NCBI GenBank assembly: GCA_964648205.1
Contig: CAZYNT010000001.1
Span: 47,765-111,764, forward strand
Source: an uncultured Gammaproteobacteria bacterium
GTDB taxonomy: Bacteria > Patescibacteriota > Patescibacteriia > Patescibacteriales > UBA12465
DNA: 64,000 nucleotides
Direction of reading: 5' to 3'
A model generated the notes under the pieces. That model saw only the letters and a list, made by a program, of their open reading frames with translations, did no database searches and had not been told where the DNA came from. The position numbers and the translations under genes were made by a program. Of the stretch, positions 57,519 to 64,000 are shown piece by piece (position 1 is the first letter of the stretch; each line of letters starts with the position of its first letter).

Positions 57519-57932
57519 TTAAATTAGATTTACAATCATAGCATTGACTACCCTCCTCGTATTGGGGCTAATATCATCTCTTTTAATCACATTCAAGGCT
57601 TGGTGCCATTCTCCTCTCTTGCCCTCATGAACGACGACTTGATTGGCAAAATTTTCGCCAACCTCTTCAATATAATAATTTGATACTGAATGATTGGTCT
57701 CAAAGGCGCCAAGCAAAACATAGTGTTCCGGGGTGTATTCTAATTCTTCCATTATTTCACGTAACAAAGCCTCCTCATTATTTTCATCAGCTTCTAAGCC
57801 GCCACCGAAAGCGCCCAGGCGGCCAGGGTTACGAGGCGCATCATCACTGCGTCTTTGCAAAAAAACATAAAGATTGGTGTCCTTGAAATAATAAGGAACT
57901 AGCATTGAATTATGTCTTTTGTTTTCCATCAT
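57519..57932 (-). CDS. NUDIX hydrolase
   Basis: FGGGLEADENNEEALLREIMEEL. Confidence 0.88.
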   Translation of the reverse strand: MMENKRHNSMLVPYYFKDTNLYVFLQRRSDDAPRNPGRLGAFGGGLEADENNEEALLREIMEELEYTPEHYVLLGAFETNHSVSNYYIEEVGENFANQVVVHEGKRGEWHQALNVIKRDDISPNTRRVVNAMIVNLI

Positions 57933-58768
57933 TTTTTAATAAAGATTTTAACCGCAAGCCAAACCAGGCGCAAAACTGCGCCTTGCCATTTTGCTTCCCA
58001 TTTCTCGAAATATTTTATCATCGAATCGCTAAAATATTTTTGCGCCCTACCGCGAGGAACTTGCTTGAAGCTCTGCCCGACATAATCAAGGCACTGTGCG
58101 GCCGGCGTATACCAAACCTCGCCGCCCAAACGATAGACATCGCGGCAAAAATCAACCTCTTCAAACCAAATAAAATAACGATCGTCAAGCAAGGGAAAAT
58201 TGCGGCCGCTAATTTTTTGATAATTCCCCCGATTAATCAGGAAAAAGGCGCCGCGGATAGAATCTACTTTAGCCGCCTGATTATAATTAAAATCCGAAAC
58301 TAAATATTTATCAACGATTCTCGGAAAAAGATGAGGCAATTTTAAAGTAATTGCCAATTGATCACAAAACTTCGGAAAGCGGCGCACTTGTTTAATAATT
58401 TCTCCTTTTTCGTCCACTAATTTGCAACCCGTTACTGTCGCTTGCGGATTATTACGCGTCCAATCTAAAATATTACTCAGAGTATCTGGTCCGACCTGCA
58501 TATCGGGGTTAAGGAGCAAGATATATTTTCCGGCGCTTACTTTCATTGCTTCATTATTAGCCGAGGCGAACCCAAGATTTTCCGAATTGACGATTAATTT
58601 CACTTGCGGAAATTCCTCCTTGATCATTTCCGCGCTACCATCCTGAGAATTATTATCAACCACGAATACTTCAATTTTAAAATCGCCTTGTGATTCAAAC
58701 AAAGCGCTCAAGTTGGCTTTTAATTTATCTTTAACTTTCCAAGAAACAATAACTACTGATAAATCCAT
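57929..58768 (-). CDS. glycosyltransferase family 2
   Basis: VDNNSQDGS, LLNPD, WFEEVDFC. Confidence 0.93.
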   Translation of the reverse strand: MDLSVVIVSWKVKDKLKANLSALFESQGDFKIEVFVVDNNSQDGSAEMIKEEFPQVKLIVNSENLGFASANNEAMKVSAGKYILLLNPDMQVGPDTLSNILDWTRNNPQATVTGCKLVDEKGEIIKQVRRFPKFCDQLAITLKLPHLFPRIVDKYLVSDFNYNQAAKVDSIRGAFFLINRGNYQKISGRNFPLLDDRYFIWFEEVDFCRDVYRLGGEVWYTPAAQCLDYVGQSFKQVPRGRAQKYFSDSMIKYFEKWEAKWQGAVLRLVWLAVKIFIKK

Positions 58769-58783
58769 AAAAGTAATAATTTA

Positions 58784-59062
58784 CTAACGGCTGACCTTGA
58801 GAAGTTTGGCTCTTTCAGTTAATCCGCCAATAATTTTTACTTGGTATTTTCTAACCCCAAGCATTTTGGCGATATAATTAATTAACTCTCGATTGGCCTC
58901 TCCCTTTTCCGGCGGCGCCGCCAAAGCAACTTTAAAGGTCCCGTCAGCCATTTCTCCACGGATTTCTGTTTTTGGAGCTCCGGGAATAACTTTGACGTTA
59001 AAATAAACTTCTTTATTATTAGCTAAATTTTCAATAATTTTTTCTAACATATCCATAATCAA
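58784..59062 (-). CDS. DUF167 (YggU) family protein
   Basis: VKVIPGA, APPEKGEANREL. Confidence 0.9.
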   Translation of the reverse strand: MIMDMLEKIIENLANNKEVYFNVKVIPGAPKTEIRGEMADGTFKVALAAPPEKGEANRELINYIAKMLGVRKYQVKIIGGLTERAKLLKVSR

Positions 59063-59216
59063 TTAAATCCTGGGCTAAGACCGATTCTCTTCTTATAGTT
59101 TAACCCTTTTTCTTGGTTTTTTAAAGCCCATAAGGACAGAAAGCGCCATCTGTCAAGATTTATTTTATTGTAATAATATATTAAAATATAGATACTAAAA
59201 CATTAAAGAAAATATT

Positions 59217-59705
59217 ATGTCCGAGGCCTACAAACGTCCCTCCTGGGATGAGTATTTTATCAAAATAATGGAGATGGTCGGCAGTCGTGGTTCTTGCGAT
59301 CGCGGTCGTTCCGGCTGTGTTATTACGCGCGATAGACGGATAATTTCTACCGGCTATGTTGGTTCTCCGGTTGGTTTGCCGCACTGCGATGAAGTCGGCC
59401 ACGAAATGCATACCGTTATTCATGAAGATGGCGAACAACATCGTCATTGTATTCGAACCGCTCATGCCGAACAAAACGCGATTTGCGAAGCAGCCAGAAT
59501 GGGCATCGCGCTTGAAGGTGCGACCCTCTATTGTCAGATGACTCCCTGCTACACCTGCGCCAAGATGATTATTAATTCTGGAATTAAAACAGTTGTTTGC
59601 GCGAAAGACTACCATGCCGGTGCTCGGAGCAAAGAAATTTTCAAAGAAGCGGGCATTCAATACACTCTAGTGACCGACGAATTGACTAAATACGAAGATC
59701 AATAA
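59217..59705 (+). CDS. dCMP deaminase (ComEB family)
   Basis: RPSWDEYF, HAEQNA, PCYTC. Confidence 0.93.
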   Translation: MSEAYKRPSWDEYFIKIMEMVGSRGSCDRGRSGCVITRDRRIISTGYVGSPVGLPHCDEVGHEMHTVIHEDGEQHRHCIRTAHAEQNAICEAARMGIALEGATLYCQMTPCYTCAKMIINSGIKTVVCAKDYHAGARSKEIFKEAGIQYTLVTDELTKYEDQ

Positions 59706-59722
59706 AATAACCGCTTAATCAT

Positions 59723-60538
59723 ATGAAACAATACCTTGATTTACTGCGCGATGTTTTAGAAAACGGCCAAGGCAAAGATGACCGGACCGGAACCGGAACT
59801 ATTAGTGTCTTCGGGCGCCAAGTTCGTTATGATTTGAATGCCGGCTTCCCGTTATTAACCACCAAAAAAGTCCACCTGAAATCAATCATTTATGAATTGC
59901 TCTGGTTTTTAAAAGGCGATACCAATATTAAATATTTAAATAACAACGGCGTAACCATCTGGGATGAATGGGCAGACGAAAATGGCGACCTTGGTCCAAT
60001 TTATGGTAAACAGTGGACCGCCTGGGAAGCGCCCGACGGTTCAAAAATAAACCAAATTGCGGAAGCGGTAGCGACTTTAAAAAATAATCCGACTTCCCGG
60101 CGCATAATCATTAGCGGCTGGAATGTCGGCGACCTAAGACAATTAATCGGCGGCAAAAAAACCGCCCCGCCGCCTTGCCATACCATCTTCCAATTCTATG
60201 TTTCTCATGATAACAAGCTATCCTGCCAACTTTATCAACGCAGCGCCGATATCTTTTTAGGAGTACCTTTTAACATTGCTTCCTACGCCCTTCTGACCAT
60301 GATGATAGCCCAAGTTTGCAATTTAAAATTAGGAGAATTTATTCATACCTTTGGCGACCTTCACATTTATAATAACCATCTGGAGCAAGTAAAACTACAG
60401 CTATCTCGTACGCCCAAAACTTTGCCTAAAATGATTATCAATCCCGAAGTAAAAGACATATTCAATTTTAAGTATGAAGATTTTACTCTCGAGGGCTATG
60501 ATCCCGAACCGGGAATAAAAGCCCCGATAGCCATTTAA
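59723..60538 (+). CDS. thyA: thymidylate synthase
   Basis: [34 protein letters not shown]. Confidence 0.97.
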   Translation: MKQYLDLLRDVLENGQGKDDRTGTGTISVFGRQVRYDLNAGFPLLTTKKVHLKSIIYELLWFLKGDTNIKYLNNNGVTIWDEWADENGDLGPIYGKQWTAWEAPDGSKINQIAEAVATLKNNPTSRRIIISGWNVGDLRQLIGGKKTAPPPCHTIFQFYVSHDNKLSCQLYQRSADIFLGVPFNIASYALLTMMIAQVCNLKLGEFIHTFGDLHIYNNHLEQVKLQLSRTPKTLPKMIINPEVKDIFNFKYEDFTLEGYDPEPGIKAPIAI

Positions 60539-60542
60539 TTTT

Positions 60543-61046
60543 ATGATCCCAGTAACCATGATGATGGCGATAACTGTCGACGGAAAAATCGCTAAAGACA
60601 AAACGCAGTTTGCCGACTGGACCAGCCGCGAGGACAAAAAATTATTTGTCGAGATCTCAAAATCTCATGGCGTTATCATGATGGGCGAAAATACTTTCCG
60701 CACTTTTCCCGCCCCCTTGAAAGAAAGGCTAAATGTAGTCTTCTCTGAAAAAGATAATCCGGAACCAATGGCGGGCGTAAAATGGGTCAAAGGCGAACCC
60801 GAAACCGTCTTGCTGGAGTTAGAAAAAATGGGTTACAAATCCGCCTTGCTCGGCGGCGGCTCTTTCCTTAATTCTCTTTTTCTTGAAAAAAAACTAATTT
60901 CGGAAATCATTCTAACCGTTGAACCAAAAATTTTTGGCGCCGGCCTATCCCTCTTCAACAAAGACTTGGACGCTAATTTAAAACTTTTAGAAACCAGGAA
61001 TTTAAATGACAATACTTTAATGCTTCGTTATCAAGTTGTTTATTAA
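60543..61046 (+). CDS. dihydrofolate reductase (DHFR/RibD-C fold)
   Basis: AITVDGKIA, W.SREDK, IMMGENT, PLKERLN, GGG; follows thyA. Confidence 0.85.
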   Translation: MIPVTMMMAITVDGKIAKDKTQFADWTSREDKKLFVEISKSHGVIMMGENTFRTFPAPLKERLNVVFSEKDNPEPMAGVKWVKGEPETVLLELEKMGYKSALLGGGSFLNSLFLEKKLISEIILTVEPKIFGAGLSLFNKDLDANLKLLETRNLNDNTLMLRYQVVY

Positions 61047-61047
61047 T

Positions 61048-61602
61048 ATGAAAAAGACCATCATCGGACTTGTCGGAGAACTGGCCAGCGGCAAAGACGT
61101 GACTAAAAAATATTTAGAAGACCATTACGGCGCCAGCTGCCATCGTTTTTCCACTATTTTACGCGATGTCCTGCGCCGGCTCTACCTGCCGATAACCAGA
61201 GAAAATCTCCAGGATCTCTCCACTATTTTGCGCCGCCGCTTCGGCGAGGACTTGCTTGCCAAAATTATTGCTGAAGATGTTAAAAATGATCCCCATGAAA
61301 TTATCGTTGTCGACGGCATCCGCCGCGATGCCGATATCACTTATTTAAAAGCTCTCCCCGGTTTTGTCTTGTTAAGCTTGGAGGTTGAAGCCAAAACACG
61401 CTATGAGCGCCTAATCAAACGGCAAGAAAATGCCGATGACGCTTCAAAGACCTATGAACAGTTTCTGACTGACGGCCAGAAAGAGGCTGAGCTAGAAATC
61501 CCCAGTGTAATGGCTAAAGCTAACTACAGGCTTAATAACAACGGACCGCTCGAAAAGCTTTACGAACAAATCGAAAAAATTATTATTGAGTTGGAAAAAT
61601 AG
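61048..61602 (+). CDS. P-loop nucleotide kinase (dephospho-CoA/dNMP kinase-like)
   Basis: GLVGELASGKD, VVDGIRR, NNG. Confidence 0.8.
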   Translation: MKKTIIGLVGELASGKDVTKKYLEDHYGASCHRFSTILRDVLRRLYLPITRENLQDLSTILRRRFGEDLLAKIIAEDVKNDPHEIIVVDGIRRDADITYLKALPGFVLLSLEVEAKTRYERLIKRQENADDASKTYEQFLTDGQKEAELEIPSVMAKANYRLNNNGPLEKLYEQIEKIIIELEK

Positions 61603-61617
61603 TATGAAAAATAGTAT
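61594..61617. repeat. 2 x 12-bp tandem duplication over a stop/start junction
   Basis: GAAAAATAGTAT twice. Confidence 0.85.
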
Positions 61618-62785
61618 GAATAACTACCCCGGGAAATTAATAGTTTTTTACGGCATAAATAACCTCGGCAAGAGCACGCAGGCAAAGTTGCTCGTAGAAA
61701 GATTAAAGGCTAATGGCTATCAGGCCGAATACTTAAAATACCCAATCTACGATTTATCCCCCTCCGGCCAAATGCTTAACGACTATTTACGAAACGCCAA
61801 TCCCTATAACCTGCATTCCCGCGAAGCGCAAATAATGTATGCCATGAACCGTACGCAATATCAGGCCGAATTAATCGCCAAACTTAAAGCGGGAATAAAT
61901 GTTATTGCCGAAGACTATAAGGGTACCGGTATCGCCTGGGGACTAGGCGCTGGAGTTGATGAAAAATTTCTTAAGGACGTTAATTCTCACTTAATCTCCG
62001 AGGATTTAGTTTTTCTTTTTGACGGCGAGCGCTTCCGCCAGGCCATAGAAAACAACCATAAACATGAAAACGATGAAGACCTGATGATAAAAGTGCGCTG
62101 GGCGCATTTAAAATTAAGGGAGGAATATGGCTGGTGGAAAATAAATGCCAATCTGGCTATAGAAGAAATTCATGAAGAAATCTGGCAAAGCGTCCGCGGG
62201 CTACTCGAAGGACCGAGAACAGAAGAGCCGATGACCACAAAATCCAAAGAAACTTACAGCTATTCCGGTTTCCAGGCTATCGGCGACATTATCACCGATA
62301 ACCGCCAAACCGTCATTACTGATAGCCCGAAACCGACGGAAAGCGGCCCGGAAACTCCTGATAAAATCTTGCGGGTTGAAAAACTAATCAATTCAGCCAA
62401 GCTGCCGCAAAAAGCTCATTTAGGCGACGCCGGCTATGATTTATATTCTAGCGACTATTATTCGATTCCTCCCTACGGCCAAGCGCTGGTCACTACCGGC
62501 CTAAAAATCGCTATTCCCGACGGATATGTTGGCTTGATTTGGGACAAAAGCGGCCTGGCTTTCGAAGGTATAAAAACTATGGGCGGGGTAATCGATTCTA
62601 ATTACCGCGGCGAAGTAAAAATAATTATAAAAAATCTAGGCGAAGAAGTTTTTAACATTATTCCCAGACAAAAAATCGCCCAGCTTCTGGTTCAGACAGT
62701 AACCGACCTGAAAGTCAAAGAAGAAATAATTGAAGACCAGACGGAAAGAGCGGCCAACGGTTTTGGCAGTTCCGGCCGATTTTAA
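61604..62785 (+). CDS. dut: thymidylate kinase-like domain fused to trimeric dUTPase
   Basis: GINNLGKSTQ, KYP N-terminal domain; AGYDL, SGLA, GVIDSNYRGE, IAQL, GFGSSG. Confidence 0.9.
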   Translation: MKNSMNNYPGKLIVFYGINNLGKSTQAKLLVERLKANGYQAEYLKYPIYDLSPSGQMLNDYLRNANPYNLHSREAQIMYAMNRTQYQAELIAKLKAGINVIAEDYKGTGIAWGLGAGVDEKFLKDVNSHLISEDLVFLFDGERFRQAIENNHKHENDEDLMIKVRWAHLKLREEYGWWKINANLAIEEIHEEIWQSVRGLLEGPRTEEPMTTKSKETYSYSGFQAIGDIITDNRQTVITDSPKPTESGPETPDKILRVEKLINSAKLPQKAHLGDAGYDLYSSDYYSIPPYGQALVTTGLKIAIPDGYVGLIWDKSGLAFEGIKTMGGVIDSNYRGEVKIIIKNLGEEVFNIIPRQKIAQLLVQTVTDLKVKEEIIEDQTERAANGFGSSGRF

Positions 62786-62802
62786 AAATTAACAACGAAT
62801 AT

Positions 62803-63027
62803 ATGGGGTTATTAAATTTTTTCAAATCAATGGAAGCGCCGAATAGAGAACCAGTCGAAGCGCCTAAGCTTAAGCGGGTGTCGGCCGAAAAAAACGACGG
62901 CCATTGGGCTCCCGAGAATGAAGCGCCAAGTTATAATAACAACTCGGAAATGCTCGCCAAGATACGCAGGCAAATGGATGAAGAGTATGCTGAAATAAAA
63001 AAAGATTTAGAGTCCCGCAAAAATTAA
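62803..63027 (+). CDS. small hypothetical protein
   Basis: 74-aa ATG ORF tightly spaced in the operon. Confidence 0.6.
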   Translation: MGLLNFFKSMEAPNREPVEAPKLKRVSAEKNDGHWAPENEAPSYNNNSEMLAKIRRQMDEEYAEIKKDLESRKN

Positions 63028-63045
63028 TTATACTATTATATAAAA

Positions 63046-64000
63046 ATGAAATACGATATAATCATCGGCCTGGAAATCCACGCCGAATTAAAAACTAAGA
63101 GCAAAATGTTTTGCGCGTGCAATAATGACGCTAGCCAGAAAGCGCCCAATTCCACTGTTTGCCCGATCTGTTTGGGGCATCCGGGAACCCTGCCCGTCCC
63201 CAACCAAGAAGCTGTTAATTGGACTATTATGACCGGCTTGGCAATGCACTGCAAAATCAATCGCCTTTCCAAATTTGATCGGAAAAATTATTTCTATCCC
63301 GATCTTCCTAAAGGCTATCAAATCTCACAATACGATTTTCCTTTCTGCTACGACGGTTATTTAGAGGTCGACGGCGCCAAAATCATGATTACGCGCATCC
63401 ACCTTGAAGAAGACACCGGAAAGTCAACCCACTTCAAGGATAAAGACTATACCCTGCTCGATTTTAACCGAGCAGGCACGCCGCTGATGGAGCTTGTCAC
63501 CGAGCCGGTGATTAAAGACGCCCTGGAAGCTAAAAAATTCTGTCAGGCTTACCAGCAGATATTGCGTTACCTAGATATTAGTAACGCCGACATGGAAAAA
63601 GGCGAAATGCGCTGCGAAGCTAATATCAGTCTCCAGGAAAAGGGCAAATGGGAATATAAAAACGGATTAATCAAGCCTAAGAAAGGCTATACTTTAAACA
63701 ATAAGGTTGAAATAAAAAATATTAATTCTTTCCGGGCGGTGGAAAAAGCGATTAACTTTGAAATCGCCCGCCAAAGCGCGGCTCTAGACAAGGGCGAAGC
63801 AATCGTAGCTGAAACTCGCGGCTGGGATGATAACAAGGCGGCGACTATCAGCCAAAGAATAAAAGAAACTTCAGCTGATTACCGTTATTTCCCCGAACCG
63901 GACATTCCACCTTTAAAAATCGACGACAACTGGCTCGCGAAACTGGAAGCCGAACTGCCGGAGATGCCCCAAGCTAAAAAAACGCGCTTTATCCGTGAAT
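63046..64000 (+). CDS. gatB: Asp/Glu-tRNA amidotransferase subunit B, 3'-truncated by window edge
   Basis: Hand translation MKYDIIIGLEIHAELKTKSKMFC, FDRKNYFYPDLPKGYQISQ, HLEEDTGK, DYRYFPEPD. Confidence 0.96.
   Translation, partial: MKYDIIIGLEIHAELKTKSKMFCACNNDASQKAPNSTVCPICLGHPGTLPVPNQEAVNWTIMTGLAMHCKINRLSKFDRKNYFYPDLPKGYQISQYDFPFCYDGYLEVDGAKIMITRIHLEEDTGKSTHFKDKDYTLLDFNRAGTPLMELVTEPVIKDALEAKKFCQAYQQILRYLDISNADMEKGEMRCEANISLQEKGKWEYKNGLIKPKKGYTLNNKVEIKNINSFRAVEKAINFEIARQSAALDKGEAIVAETRGWDDNKAATISQRIKETSADYRYFPEPDIPPLKIDDNWLAKLEAELPEMPQAKKTRFIRE

Noticed and set aside
59181-59660. 159-aa antisense ORF
   Set aside because: Shadow of the dCMP deaminase gene
1-64000. CRISPR array, rRNA, transposase, integrase, reverse transcriptase, prophage
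   Set aside because: No spaced repeat array or diagnostic motifs were seen by eye; the DGR call therefore covers only a target gene

Overview
A 64-kb chromosomal segment from an AT-rich, compact bacterial genome using translation table 11. Gene content points to Patescibacteria/CPR (Parcubacteria-like; inference): CPR-type pilin, PEGA and beta-propeller surface proteins, few SD sites, and a nucleotide-salvage operon. Housekeeping genes include rpmG, mutM, tpiA, gyrB, eno, pgk, clpB with a CIRCE operator, def/fmt, dnaB-ybaB-recR, rplU, murA, galU with GT2s, a dCMP deaminase-thyA-DHFR-kinase-tmk/dut operon and partial gatB. There are six tRNAs and accessory blocks at about 4.1-6.0 kb and 33.1-45.9 kb. 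The most notable observations: (1) a four-gene operon next to tRNA-Glu (HTH-MNT, HEPN, a Tlde1-like L,D-peptidase and a membrane-anchored candidate immunity protein); (2) an in-frame WecA/TagO-QueH fusion; (3) a probable remote DGR target gene with no RT in the window; (4) a membrane-anchored Clp ATPase with a degenerate first ring, divergent from a ClpB that carries an IGF loop; (5) a GIY-YIG pseudogene and palindromes embedded in duplicated tRNA-Glu fragments; (6) a candidate structured sRNA or attenuator; (7) an iPGM pseudoenzyme. All calls come from motif recognition by eye; no database searches were run.
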